Assembly: GCA_030390025.1 (NCBI GenBank)
Contig: CM059452.1
Location: 6,634,001-6,698,000, forward strand
Reading direction: 5' to 3'
Length of the DNA stretch: 64,000 nucleotides
DNA from: Squalus acanthias
Taxonomy: Eukaryota
Below are positions 12,014 through 24,360 of the stretch, in pieces. Position 1 is the stretch's first letter. The number at the start of each line of letters is the position of its first letter. A program made the translations under genes and the position numbers. The notes beneath the pieces are model-generated. The model ran no database searches and was not told where the DNA came from. It saw nothing but the letters and a program-made list of their open reading frames with translations.

Positions 12014-13136
12014 GTTAGCAATGAGAGAATCTCCCAGAATTCACAATTTAAACCCAGACAAAATCTATTCACATTATTCGCTACAACAAAGAGCACAGCC
12101 AAGACAATGAGATGTGTCCCAGGGGGTCCAGCGTGTCAAACCACCTGCTGGCTGCATATCCTGTCAATTTGTGTTCTTGTGTTTTTTAAAAAAAAAAACC
12201 AAAAAAAAAAAAAAACCCCTGGAAGACCGGCCATGATGTCAAGTCACGTTCTGTATCGTGACATGAACCCGATATCGCGATTGAGGCCATCCTCATGAGT
12301 GCGGAACTTGGCTATCAGTTTCTGCTCTATGATTTTGCGCTGTCGTGTATCTCGAAGGCCGCCTTGGAGAACGCTTACCCGCAGATCCGAGGCTGAATGC
12401 CCCTGGCTGCTGAAGTGTTCCCCGACTGGGAGGCAACCCTCCTGCCTGGCGATTGTTGCGCGGTGTCCGTTCATACGTTGTCTCAGTGTCTGCATGGTCT
12501 CGCCGATGTACCATGCTCTGGAGCATCCTTTACTGCAACGTATCAGGTAGACAACGTTGGCCGAGTCACATGAGTATGTACCGTGTACCTGGTGGGTAGT
12601 GTCCTCACGTGTAATGATGGTATCTGTGTCCATGATTTGGCATGTCTTGCAGAGGTTGCCGTGGCAGGGTTGTGTGGTGTCTTGGTTGCTGTTCTCCTGA
12701 AAGATGGGTAATCTGCTGCGAACGATGGTACTTTTGAGGTTAGGCGGCTGCTTGAAGGCGAGTAGTGGAGGCGTGGGGATGGCCTTAGCAAGGTGTTCGT
12801 CGTCATCGATGACATGTTGAAGGCTGCGAAGAACATGGCGTAGTTTTTCCGCTCCGGGGAAGTACTGGACGACGTAGGGTACTCTGTTGGTTGTGTCCCG
12901 TGTTCGTCTTCTGAGGAGGTCTATGCGGTTTTTCGCTGTGGCCCGTCGGAACTGTCGATCGACGAGAACACAAGAACACAAATTGACAGGATATGCAGCC
13001 AGCAGGTGGTTTGACACGCTGGACCCCCTGGGACACATCTCATTGTCTTGGCTGTGCTCTTTGTTGTAGCGAATAATGTGAATAGATTTTGTCTGGGTTT
13101 AAATTGTGAATTCTGGGAGATTCTCTCATTGCTAAC

Positions 13137-13174
13137 TTACCTGACGAAGGAGCGATAGCTCCGAAAGCTTGTAA
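13137..13174 (+). ncRNA. Minimal type I hammerhead ribozyme in Penelope pLTR
   Basis: TTAC-CTGACGA-A-GGAGC-GATA-GCTCC-GAA-AGCT-T-GTAA: catalytic core, stem II hairpin, palindromic stem III and stem I TTAC/GTAA. Confidence 0.75.
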
Positions 13175-14083
13175 AATTAAATAAATCTGTTGGACTATAA
13201 CCTGGTGTTGTGCGACTTCTCATTTTTGTCCCTTTATATCGGTTGTGGTTAGTTCTAATGGTCAGTGAGCAGCTCTTTTAACGGGAGCCTCCGGCACTGC
13301 TGCCAGAACAATATTAATAAATTAATTTCACTGCCTCCACCTCACAGACTGAAACTGTTAAAGGGCCAACATTGGGTTTAATCCCCGTCCAGTTCTCTGT
13401 TGTGAGGAGAACACGTGAGCTGTGAGCTGATTGGATAAATTGGAGAACAAAGGACCCGTGAGCTGATTGGATATCTCCTGCTGACTCTGTCAGGAATGAA
13501 CCAATCGGCAGAGAGGCCGGATATTAGTCAACATCTTCCCAGCTCTTGACTAAAACAAATTCAGGTTCAACCCGTTCTGTTCAAATCCGCATCGACTCTC
13601 TGCAAATATGTTGGCTGTTACTTTTTATTTGTTCGTCACAGCTGCAGCTGTCTTAACTGGTAAGTTCGCAAATTACACGACATTGTGTTTCACATCTGCA
13701 TCATACATTATATTTAATCCATCAGTTCCGGGAACACAAGAATATCAATAGATTGACCCGAAGTGAAGAAAACCATCCGGATTCACCCTTATTCAACACT
13801 GAACACTGTTTACGGACAATCAACAAAATCCTCCAGTGAATGATAGCGGAAGAGTTGAGGTGAGATTACAGGTGAATGGCAGACAGACCCGCTTCGCCCC
13901 GCTGGGGTCAATGACGGACTTTGACAGACAGACGAGTCTTAAACCGTTTGAAGTTTCCCTTCACATCACAAGAGGTGAAGGTGAGGTAATGATCCCGTTG
14001 GAAGGTGCTGAAGGTTCATTGAAGGAAGTTTTATTCAGTCGATCTCAGCACCATCCCGTGAGCAGCCCCTGAGCTGTGGGGAA

Positions 14084-14515
14084 ATGTATTTCTGTTTAAC
14101 TGCCCTGATTTATTTCTCAGGTAAGTGTTGGGGGTGACGGGCTGATTCTGGGGGATAGACACAGTGAAGTGACATTGTTTAATTTAATATCGCTCTGGGC
14201 TCTTGCAGGACATTGTCGAGGAGACTCCGTTTCACAGACACCGGCTGCAACCACAGTCAGTGAAGGAGACGATGTTCATTTGCAATGTAATTATACAGCT
14301 ACAAGCACCAGCAATCCTGAACTATTCTGGTACCGTCAGTATCCCAGCGGATCCATAGAGTATCTGCTGCAGAGAAGAAGACACAGCGAGAACGGAGGGA
14401 GATTTCCAGGGGACCGTTTTTCAGCGAAGCTCAATGATTCGAGTCGAACCGTCCCGCTGAAAGTGTCTGAAACACAACTGACAGACTCCGCGGTGTATTA
14501 CTGCGCACTGAGCCC
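14084..14515 (+). CDS. TCR V alpha/delta segment V8 (intact)
   Basis: Leader 14084-14120 MYFCLTALIYFS. V exon 14209-14515 reads GDSVSQTP...LQC...FWYRQ...YYCALS. RSS is CACAGAG (14516-14522), 23-bp spacer, ACAAAAACT. Confidence 0.92.
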
Positions 14516-15075
14516 CACAGAGACACGGAGCTGGGCTGGACCTGTACAAAAACTGTCAGAGCGTCGCTCAACATATCAGCGCGTCAGGGGAACATTGTGA
14601 TCAGGGGCGAGTCTCAGCTGGTCCCTGTATTTGTGATTAGACATTGTGCTGTTAATTCTACTATATAGGTATCTTTATTCCTGAAATATGTCTCTTTTTA
14701 AGTATTTATCCAATTCCCCTTTGAATGTTATTATTGAATCTGCTTCCACCGCCCTTTCAGGAGGTGAATTCCGGATCACAACAACTCACTGAGTAAAAAA
14801 TCAAATCTCCTCATCTCCTCTCTGGCTCTTTTGCCCAGTATCTTCAATGTGTTTGTCCTTTGGGTACCGACCCTCCTGCCATTGGAAACAGTTTCTCCTT
14901 ATTTATTTTATCAAAACTCTTCATATATTTCTGCTTGCATACAGTCACTCTGAGAACTCCTATTCTGAAATGCTATCCCGCTTTTGTTGTGTGAGCGACA
15001 ATCTCACCGCCTGTTGGGATTTGTTACTCACAGTTATTAGAACTTTATCTAAACGTTTAACTCTCTGTCCATTAG

Positions 15076-15382
15076 ACAGCGTCCTTGGATGGATCGCTCA
15101 TTAGCCAATGGAAGAGGTGACCGCTCAGGAGGGAGAGATCGCGACAATAACCTGCTCCTATACAGAGGTGACCAGAGTTTGCCTGTCCTGGTACCGGGAG
15201 GGTCGGTCCGTGGGCCCGGAGAATATCCTCATCCGCTGCACCGACCGGTTCAGTGACGATGCGAACTTTGCAAGACGGCGCTTCACCTCATCTTTGGCCA
15301 AAACTTACAGAGCCGTCAGTTTAAGGGTTTCACAGCTGACAGCTGCGGATTCCAGGAAATACTTCTGGGTCATAACACCGCA
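15076..15382 (+). pseudogene. TCR V pseudogene V9
   Basis: V-like frame ITCSY...SWYRE has an in-frame TAG in FR1 and YFW instead of YYC. Degenerate RSS CACGGTG-23-AGATAAACT. Confidence 0.8.
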
Positions 15383-17340
15383 CACGGTGCTGTATTTAGA
15401 GCAAGAGCCGACAGATAAACTACAGGTGCTCCGGCACGGCAGACTGTGACAGTGAATTCTCTGGTTTATTGTATTTCATGGTCCAATGTCACTGTGTAGT
15501 CTGACGGAGAAGGACAACAATTCTTCCATCCAAAATGTTTCCTCAACTTGTCATAAACAGACAGACCGTTGTGTGGGCGGATGATTTACAAATATCGATA
15601 TACAAATGTAGCTAGATAAGCGAAATGCCTTTATTGAGGTAACCAGGCTGATGACTGACAGACAGATGGACAGCGGCCTCTCTGGGCCTCGCTCACTTGT
15701 TCTCCCTCAGCAGGGGCGGGGCAGCTTGTATCAGGGTTTCCCCAGTGCAGACACAGAGAAAGGAATCACTGGACACCAGGAAAAGCGGGAGGGAAATCAT
15801 ACTGACTGGAGCCCGTGCACACACAATGATCACGGGCATCCGGCACCAGTTGAACTGAAAGGAAATGAAAGTCAGTTGTTGTGAATGCGGATTGCGGGTT
15901 GTTGTTGTGTATTGTGCGGATCAGAAAGGGTCAAATCTCCCAGCGGAAACTGTGAATTTCCAAGCTCCACTTCATCTTACTAATGTTTTTGTCCCTGTAA
16001 GTGTTGATGTACAAGGTTCGACATTCGCCATCAGCACACCCGCAACACACCTCCCCATAAATGGACACTGGCAACTGCCGCATACACACACTTATTGTCT
16101 GTTTTCTTCCAATATCCGAACAATGTAAAAGGTCTCATCGTATCCGCCAGAGGGCGCCGTGGTCCCAAGGTTCTCGCTGCTCCCTCGGACCTCGAACTAT
16201 TGTTCTTCCTGATTTGTGGAAACGCATCATAATTTCAAAGCCTACTTGTATCTGAGTTTGTGTTCGTGGGATTCAGCAAAGCTTTCCCCCCTCTCTTTTA
16301 CTTTGTCAGCTATTCATCGTCACAATCTCTACCACGCTTATGAATTATTTCCTTATACTGCATATCTTAAAGCGACTGCGAGTGACATCTTTGGTATCTG
16401 CCGTTTGAAAAAAAACCCTTATATATTAAAATCTGCAATGAATGACACACTCAGAGAGACGGGACTGTAACCCGGGTGAGGAGTATCTCCCGTGTCAATA
16501 AGCACCATTTCCCTTCCCATGTGATTAATTTCAGCACAGTGGAATGGCGCCTCCTGTGAGTTTCAGGCAGACATTAATCTAACGGGTTCAGCAGATATTT
16601 AGGGGAAGGGGCTCATGTTCCCCTCCGAGCAATTACCAACACAGTCGGGTGATGGCGGTCAGATATTATCTCGAAGTGACAATATATCGGTTTGAAAGTA
16701 GATGAAGTTGTTGTTTATTTCAATCACTGCCACTAATCAGACTGAGGTGGTTGACGGGAGTCGGGTTTGATTAACCTGCTGGGGACCCATAGTGGGAAGA
16801 TTTCCTCTGGTCTCTCTCTGGAAATCTCATCCACAAGTTGTTTTAACGAAATCGCAAGCTGATTATTGTAGAATGTGTTCACTATTTCTTTAGAAGTAGC
16901 GACCAGAGTAATTCTACCGCACAGAGCGGATAGTTCAGTGTAAACAAAATTGTTACAGGAGAAGGAAATTAATGCTCTCGGTGAGCCGTCACACACCGAC
17001 ATAAAATAAACAAACACTCAGTGTGACCAATTCGGGCCCATTAAATACATCCCCAAACGTCAGCAAAACTGAAAATTTCTTCACACCATAGGCAGCGCTC
17101 ACTGAGTGATTGGCTTCATCTTCTGATACTTTATGCTGTGGTTCAAAGGGTTTAATCTGAGCCATGAGCCTCACTTGAATCTCATTTCAATATATGGCGG
17201 GTGTATTGGATAAGGTGTCATTGGAGGGGAACAATGAGAGCAGGAAGTGACGTTGGACCAACAGGCACCTCTGACGAGGTCGATTCTGGTCCGCAATTTG
17301 GCTTTTAAACAGACCGACAGGTTCGGGCTCGGCAGCGGCC

Positions 17341-17795
17341 ATGCGGATATTCAGCGCCTGGGTTCTGTTTGGGGTGTTTATTGTCGGTAAGGATCAATCC
17401 AATTGTGTCGTGTTCAAACTAAAGTGTTAATATTATTTCAGCTTTTAATACTCGGTCTTATCTTGTTACTGAACACATGTTACAGATCAGAGTGATGGAG
17501 ATTCTGTTACTCAGTCCCAGACTTCAGTCAGCAGGAGAGAAGGTGAAGCGGTGACTATGAGATGTACCTACAGTAACACAGCCAACGACTATTATTTATA
17601 TTGGTACCGGGAACAACCAGAGAAGGAGCCCCAGTTTGTAATAAGGAGACGTTCTTGGGACACACAGGAACGGAGAGGAGAAGGTTTCGGAATCCGTTTT
17701 TCTGCTCAGCTCCAGACCTCGACTAAATTCACCAGTTTAACCATCTCCGGGCTGCAGCTGACTGACGCTGCCGTCTATTACTGCACCCTGGGTCT
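17341..17795 (+). CDS. TCR V alpha/delta segment V10 (intact)
   Basis: Leader 17341-17386 MRIFSAWVLFGVFIV. V exon 17486-17795 reads GDSVTQSQ...MRC...YWYREQ...YYCTLG. RSS is CACAGTG (17796-17802), 23-bp spacer, ACAAAAATT. Confidence 0.92.
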
Positions 17796-18011
17796 CACAG
17801 TGATGGAAAGCAGTCTCACTCCCGTACAAAAATTGCCATTGGACGGTAGGGCGGAGCTCCTGTCTGTTGGGGTTGTGTAGAATCGCGGGCAGATGCAGCC
17901 ACAATGTGCAGCGCGCTGTCAGGCGCTCAAACACACACCGAGAGGAAACCAAATTAACCTCAGATCAAACTGTCACCCAACTGTTTCCAGGAGCGGCCGG
18001 GAAAACAAACT

Positions 18012-18620
18012 GGTGATGGTGAGCCGCATACTTGAACCGCTGCAGTCTGTGTGGTGAAGGTACTCCCACAGTGCTGTTAGGGAGGGAGTTCCAGGATTTT
18101 GACCCAGCGACGATGAAGGATCTCGATACTTCGAAGTCAGGGTCCTGTGTGATTTGGAGGGGAACTTGGAGGTGGTGGTGTTCCCCTGCACCTGCTGCCG
18201 TTGTCATTCTAGGTGGAAGAGGCCGCGGGTTTGGGAGGTGCTGTCGAAGAAGCCTTGGCGAGTTGCTGCAGTGCATCTTGTAGATAGTACACACTGCAGC
18301 CACGGTACGCCGGTGGTGGAGGGAGTGAATGTTTTAGGTGGTGGATGGGGTGCCAATCAAGCGGGATGCTTTGTCCTGAATGGTGTCGAGCTTCTTGACT
18401 GTTGTTGGAGCTGCACTCATCCAGGCAAGTGGAGAGTATTCCATCACACTCCTTACTTGTGCCTTGTAGATGGTGAAAAGGCTTTGGGGAGTCAGGAGGC
18501 GAGACACTCGCCGCAGAAAACCTAGACTCTGACCTGCTCTTGTTTGCACACTATGGTCCAGTTAAGTTTCTGGTCAATGGTGACCCCCAGGATGTTGATG
18601 GTGGGGGATTCGGCGATGGT
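18012..18620 (-). mobile_element. Non-LTR retrotransposon (CR1/L2-group) 3' fragment, same family as 61,735-62,920
   Basis: ORFs ...TIYKAQVRSVMEYSPLAWMSAAPTT..KLDTIQDKA and AAVCTIYKMHCSNSPRLLRQHLP. Confidence 0.85.
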
Positions 18621-19532
18621 GTGGACATTAGTGAACTAAATCGTTTTTTTACAACAATACGATAATTTCATGGTTACCATTACTGATACTAGCTTTTTAT
18701 TTCAGATTTATTTTAATTAACTGAATTTAAACTGATAGTTCAGGGAAGTGGCGTTGAGGTAGAAGATCAGCCATGATCTTATTGAATGGCGGAGCAAGCT
18801 CGAAGGGCCAAATGGCCTACTCCTACTGCTATTTCTTATGCTCTTATGTTCTGAGTCTTTTGTATTCAGTCGGTCCTCTGACTATCTGGCACGGAGCTAA
18901 GAACACACCATGTGTGTCCTTAGAGATTATTATTCGATTCATGTTTGTTCATCAGCTTCTTCTCTTGTCCTGAATTTGACCTTCTGGAACCTGCTTTTAC
19001 TGCAGATTCTTACTTTATATATGGGCAAGTCTCTATAATTTTGATAAAATGTTCAATAAAGTTATTAGAATTATACGGGTCTTCCGTACCCGAACTATCT
19101 CTGTCTACACTGTAGACTGATATTTTAAACCAATCATTATTTGTCCGTTTGCCGTGCGTTATATCCGAAGCAGCCGTGCACCAGTTACAGGCCACCCGCA
19201 GGTGTGTTTATTCTCAATGGGACTGGCGCTTCCTAAAGATACAGAAATACACATCAACCATTTTTGATCTCATGCAGTTAATACAATAATCAGACGGAAT
19301 CAGTATGCGATGTGAACAGTTTTATATGAGTTTTATGCGGATTCTGCTCGGGGTCTGCGCACGCAGGAATGTAGTCACGTGTCAGTGTCTGACCCGCTGT
19401 GATAAACAGCCCACAACAGGCAGCAGCTGTGACATAGAAACATAGAAACATAGAAGATAGGAGCAGGAGTAGGCCATTCGGCCCCTCGAGCCTGCTCCGC
19501 AATTCGATGAGATCATGGCTGATCATCCAAAC

Positions 19533-22382
19533 TCAGTACACTGTACCTGCCTTCTCCCCATATCCCTTGATACCTTTAGTTTTAAGAAATATATCTAAGT
19601 CATTTTTGAATATATTTAATGACTTGGCCTCAACTATCTTCTGTGGTAGAGAATTCCACAGGTTCACCACTCTCTGGGTGAAGAAATTCCTCCTCATTTC
19701 TGTCCTAAATGGCTTACCCCTAATCCTTCGATTATGACCCCTGGTTCTGGAATCTCCGACCATCGGGAACATTCTTCCTGCATTTAGTTTGTCCAGACCT
19801 GTCAGAATTGTATATGTTTCGATGAGATCCCCTCTCATTCTTCTATACTCCAGCGAGTATAAGTCCAATCGACCCAATCTCTCCTCATATGTCATTCCTG
19901 CCATCCCAGGTATCAGCCTCGTGAATCTTCGCCGAACTCCCTCCATGGCAAGAACATCCTTCCTCAGATAAGGCGACCAAAACTGCACACAATACTCAAG
20001 GTGTGGTCTCACCAAGGCCCTGTACAACTGCAGCAGGACATCCCTGTTCCTATACTCAAACCCTTTCGCTATGAAGGCCAACATACCATTTGCCTTCTTC
20101 ACCTGCATGCTTACCTTCAGCGACTGGTGCACAAGGACACCCAGGTCTCGTTGCACTTCCCCTTCTCCCAATCTATTGCCTTTCAGATAATAGTCTGCCT
20201 TTCTGTTTTTGACACCAAAGTGGATAACCTCGCATTTATCCACGTTATATTGCATCTGCCACGCTTCTGCCCACTCACCCAACCTGTCCAAATCATCCTG
20301 GAGTTTCTCGGTATCCTCCTCGCAGCACACACTCCCACACAGCTTTGTGTCATCTGCAAACTTGGAGATATTACATTTACTTCCCTTATCTAGATCATTA
20401 ATGTATATTGTGAATAGCTGGGGTCCAAGGACCGTTCCCTGCGGTACCCCACAAGTCACTGCTTGCCAGTCGGAAAAAGACCCATTAATTCCTACTCTTT
20501 GCTTTCTGTCCGCCAACCAGTTCTCTGTCCAAGTCAATACCTTGCCCCCAATCCCATGTGCCTTAACTTTACACGCTAATCTCTTATGCGGGACCTTATC
20601 GAAAGCCTTTTGAAAGTCCAAATACACCACATCTACTGGTTCTCCCTTATCTATTTTCCCAGTTACAGCCTCAAAAAGTTCCAGTAGATTAGTCAAGCAC
20701 GATTTACCTTTTGCAAATCCATGTTGACGTTTTCCGATCCTGCCACTGTTTTTCAAGTGCTCAGCTATTACATCCTTTATAATGGACTCTGGCATTTTCC
20801 CCACTACCGATGACAGGCTTACTGGTCTGTAATTCCCTGCTTTCTCTCTACCACCCGTTTTGAATAGTTGGGTAACATTAGCTACCCTCCAATCCATGGG
20901 TACAGTTCCAGATTCCATCGAATGTTGGAAGATGATCAGCAATGCATCTACTATTTCTAGGGCCACTTCCTTAAGTACCCTAGGATGTAGAATATCAGGC
21001 CCTGGGGATTTATCGGCCTTCAATCCCGTCAATTTCCCTAACACCATTTCCCTGCACATACTGATTTCTTTCAGTTCCTCCCTTTCATCAGACCGTATGT
21101 TCTCCAACATTTCTGGAAGGTTATTTGTGTCCTCCTTTGTGAAGACAGAACCAAAATATGCATTTAATTGGTCCGCCATTTCTTTGTTCCCCATTATAAC
21201 TTCCTCCGCTTCTGACTGCAAGGGACCTACACTTGATTTCACTAACCTTTTTCTCTTCACATATCTATAAAAACTCTTACAGTCAGTTTTTATGTTCCCA
21301 GCAAGCTTACTTTCATATTCTATTTTCCCCTTCTTAATTAATCCCTTTGTCCTCCTTTGTTGTATCCTAAACTGCTCCCAATCCTCAGGGTTACCGCTTT
21401 TTCTGGGCAATTTATATGCCCTCTCCTTGGATCTTATGCTATCCCTAATTTCCCTTGTTAGCCACGGTTGAGTCACCCTTTTTGTTTTATTCTTATGCCA
21501 CACTGGGATGAACAAATTCTGTAGTTCATCCATGCAGTCTTTGAATGTTTGCCATTGCCTTTCCACCGTCAACCCTTTGAGTGACATTCCCCAATCAATC
21601 CTACCCAATTCGCGCCTCATACCATCGTAGTTTCCTTTATTTAAATTCAGGACTCCATTCTCTGATTCAACTACTTCACTCTCCATCCTAATGAAGAATT
21701 CTATCATATTATGATCACTCTGACCCAAGGGGCCTCGTACAACAAGATTGCTAATTAATCCTTTCTCGTTACATAATACCCAGTCTAAGATGGCCTGATC
21801 TCTGGTTGGTTCCTCGACATATTGTTCCAAAAAATCATCCCGTAAACATTCTAGGAATTCCTCCACCACAGTATTTTTACTAATTTGGTTAGCCCAATTT
21901 ATATGTAAATTAAAGTCACCCATGATGACTGCTGTTCCCTTACTGCATGCTTCTCTAATTTCCCTTTTAATGCCATCCCCAACCTCCGTATTACTGTTTG
22001 GAGGTCTATATACCACTCCCACTAACGTTTTCTGCCCCATGTTATTTCTCAGTTCTACCCATACAGATTCCGCATCATCAGATCTAATATCCTTCCTTTC
22101 AATTGTGTTACTCCCCTCTTTAACCAGCAATGCTACCCCACCTCCCTTTCTTTTTTGCCTATCTTTCCTAAATATTGAATACCCCTGGATGTTGAGTTCC
22201 CAGCCTTGGCCACCCTGGAGCCATGTTTCTGTAATCCCAATCAAATCGTATTCATTTACCTCTATTTGCACAGCTAATTCATCCACCTTGTTCCGAATGC
22301 TCCTTGCATTAAGACACAAAGCCTTCAGGCTTGTTTTTTTAGCGCTCTCATACCTATATGAATTATTATTTACTGTGACCAT
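19533..22382 (-). CDS. CR1 ORF2 (APE endonuclease + reverse transcriptase), 949 aa open
   Basis: Motifs CLNARS, GITETWL, GDFN, SDH (endonuclease); YRPVSL, LDFQKAFD, GVPQG, FADD (RT). Confidence 0.95.
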   Translation of the reverse strand: MVTVNNNSYRYESAKKTSLKALCLNARSIRNKVDELAVQIEVNEYDLIGITETWLQGGQGWELNIQGYSIFRKDRQKRKGGGVALLVKEGSNTIERKDIRSDDAESVWVELRNNMGQKTLVGVVYRPPNSNTEVGDGIKREIREACSKGTAVIMGDFNLHINWANQISKNTVVEEFLECLRDDFLEQYVEEPTRDQAILDWVLCNEKGLISNLVVRGPLGQSDHNMIEFFIRMESEVVESENGVLNLNKGNYDGMRRELGRIDWGMSLKGLTVERQWQTFKDCMDELQNLFIPVWHKNKTKRVTQPWLTREIRDSIRSKERAYKLPRKSGNPEDWEQFRIQQRRTKGLIKKGKIEYESKLAGNIKTDCKSFYRYVKRKRLVKSSVGPLQSEAEEVIMGNKEMADQLNAYFGSVFTKEDTNNLPEMLENIRSDEREELKEISMCREMVLGKLTGLKADKSPGPDILHPRVLKEVALEIVDALLIIFQHSMESGTVPMDWRVANVTQLFKTGGREKAGNYRPVSLSSVVGKMPESIIKDVIAEHLKNSGRIGKRQHGFAKGKSCLTNLLELFEAVTGKIDKGEPVDVVYLDFQKAFDKVPHKRLACKVKAHGIGGKVLTWTENWLADRKQRVGINGSFSDWQAVTCGVPQGTVLGPQLFTIYINDLDKGSKCNISKFADDTKLCGSVCCEEDTEKLQDDLDRLGEWAEAWQMQYNVDKCEVIHFGVKNRKADYYLKGNRLGEGEVQRDLGVLVHQSLKVSMQVKKANGMLAFIAKGFEYRNRDVLLQLYRALVRPHLEYCVQFWSPYLRKDVLAMEGVRRRFTRLIPGMAGMTYEERLGRLDLYSLEYRRMRGDLIETYTILTGLDKLNAGRMFPMVGDSRTRGHNRRIRGKPFRTEMRRNFFTQRVVNLWNSLPQKIVEAKSLNIFKNDLDIFLKTKGIKGYGEKAGTVY

Positions 22383-22504
22383 GTTTGATTTAAACCGTTG
22401 AGTTCTTTGCCTTCTACTTTTGTTTTTCTCCTTCCTGTCTTTTGCTTTTATCCTTGTTTCCCTTTCCTCTGTCTCCCTGCTCAGGTTCCCAACCCCCTGC
22501 CACT

Positions 22505-23455
22505 TTAGTTTAAACCCTCCCCAACAGCACTAGCAAACACTCCCCCTAGGACATCGGTCCCGGCCCTGCCCAGGTGCAGACCGTCCCGTTTGTACTGGCC
22601 CCACCTCCCCCAGAACCGCTTCCAATGTCCAAGGAATTTGAATCCCTCCCCCTTGTACCATTCCTCTAGCCACGTATTCATTTGAAATATCCTCCTATTT
22701 CTACTCTGACTAGCACGTGGCACTGGTAACAATCCTCAGATTACTACCTTTCAGGTCCTATTTTTTAATTGACCTCCTAACTCCCTATATTCTGCTTTTA
22801 GGACCTCATCCCCTTTTTTACCTATATCGTTGATGCCTATGTGCACCATGACAACTGGCTGTTCGCCCTCCCCCTCCAGAATGTTCTGTAGCTGCTCCGA
22901 GACGTCCTTGACCCTTGCACCAGGGAGGCAACACACCATCCTGGAGTCTCGTTTACGGCCGCAGAAAAGCCTATCTATTCCCCTTACAATTGAATCCCCT
23001 ATCACTATAGCTCTTCCACACTTTTTCCTCCCAGCCTGTGCAGCAGAGCCACCCATGGTGCCAGGAAGTTGGCTGCTGCTGCCTTCCCCTGATAAGTCAT
23101 CCCCCCCAACAGCATCCAAAGTGGTATATCTGTTTGAGAGGGGGATGGCCACAGGGGACCCCTGCACTACCTGCCTGCACCTCTTACTCTGCCTGGTGGT
23201 CACCCATTCACTTCCTGCCTGTACACCCTTTACCTGCGGTGTGACCAACTCTCTAAACGTGCTATCCACGACGTCCTCAGCGTCGCGAATGCTCCAATAT
23301 GCATCCATCCGCAGCGCCAGCGCCGCAATGCGGTCCATCAGTAGCTGCAGCTGGATACACTTCCCACACACATGGTCGTCAGGGACACAGGAAGCGTCCC
23401 TGATTTCCCACATATAGCAGGAGGAGCATATCACAGGGCGGAGCTCTCCTGCCAT
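22505..23455 (-). pseudogene. CR1 ORF1 (zinc-finger + SGNH/GDSL esterase), broken by stops
   Basis: CSSC...CGKC, VIGDSIVR, LPGA, VHIGINDI, DGLHL motifs. Split into two ORFs by stop codons near 22,750. Confidence 0.85.
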
Positions 23456-24056
23456 GACTTACCCTTTAATTAATTAATTAAAATTAAATTAAATGAATCC
23501 CACCAATTTCACTTCAATTCAATGGTATACTCAAGGGCCCTTGTTTAACAGCAGTCCCCGCTACACCACAGAGACTCTAGAAACTATAAACCACAGAATT
23601 TAAGTATGGAAAAAGAAGAGAGAAATACTCACCAACCAATCACATACCTGCTTTCTGATGACGTCACACTTCGATTAGTTTTTACTTCTGTCTCCCGCTC
23701 TGAGATTGGTAAACTTATCTGCTCCCAGGGCTCGCTTTTATCCTCTGCCGCCGCCGCTCCTCCTAGGTCCGCACCGCCGCTGCTGTGGGCCTACCTGCTC
23801 CTCGGGCTCGCCTTTATACTCTGCCGCCGCCGATCCTCCTAGGTCCGCACCGCCGCTGCTGTGGGCCTACCTGCTCCTCGGGCTCGCCTTTATACTCTGC
23901 CGCCGCCGCCGCTCCTCCTAGATCCGCAGCGCCGCTGCTGTGGGCCTACCTGCTCTTCGGGCTCGCCTTTATACTCTGCCGCCGCCGCTCCTCCTAGGTC
24001 CGCACCGCCGCTGCGGCAGTTATTGGACGAGGCTTTAGCTCGTTCCCATCACTGTG

Positions 24057-24360
24057 AGCCTCAGTGCACAGTAATACACCGCGGTGTCAGTCAGCCGCAG
24101 CCCCGAGATGGTCAATCGGTACAACTTCTCTGACTGCTGGACTGTATCAGAAAACCGGCCTTGAGCGGAATCCGCCTGATATTCAGAACCGCCGCTCGTG
24201 TGCCTCTGGACTGCAAACTCGGGCTGTCTGCCTGGGTATTGGCGGTACCAGAACAAGTAATAACCATCGCCGGAATAGGTGCAGGTTAATGTGGCCTCTT
24301 CTCCCTCTGTCTGTGTGAGCGAGGACTCCCGCTGAGTAACAGAATCTGCATCGCTCAGAT
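24057..24360 (-). CDS. TCR V alpha/delta exon V11 (open, no leader found)
   Basis: Acceptor TTCCAG, then ADSVTQRESS...LTC...FWYRQ...YYCALR. RSS is CACAGTG (24056-24050), 23-bp spacer, degenerate nonamer CCAATAACT. Upstream of the intron is a repeat remnant, not a leader exon. Confidence 0.8.

Larger units (their letters stand above)
11887..13229 (-). mobile_element. Penelope-like retroelement, 5'-truncated, with GIY-YIG endonuclease and inverted pseudo-LTR
   Basis: ORF 12244-13038 contains CKTC...NVVYLIRC..C...YIGET...LRQRMNGHR...GLN. A ~260-bp inverted repeat pairs 11,919-12,180 with 12,968-13,231. TSD CCCTTTATATC at 11876-11886 and 13230-13240. Confidence 0.9.
19433..24012 (-). mobile_element. 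Near full-length CR1 LINE
   Basis: GC-rich tandem-repeat 5' UTR (~23,720-24,012), ORF1, ORF2 and a CATAGAAA tandem 3' tail at ~19,433-19,455. Confidence 0.95.

Noticed and set aside
24057-24360. Leaderless V11 as a NAR-TCR supporting V delta
   Set aside because: It has no extra CDR1 cysteine, and no NAR-type V-D-J lies upstream.
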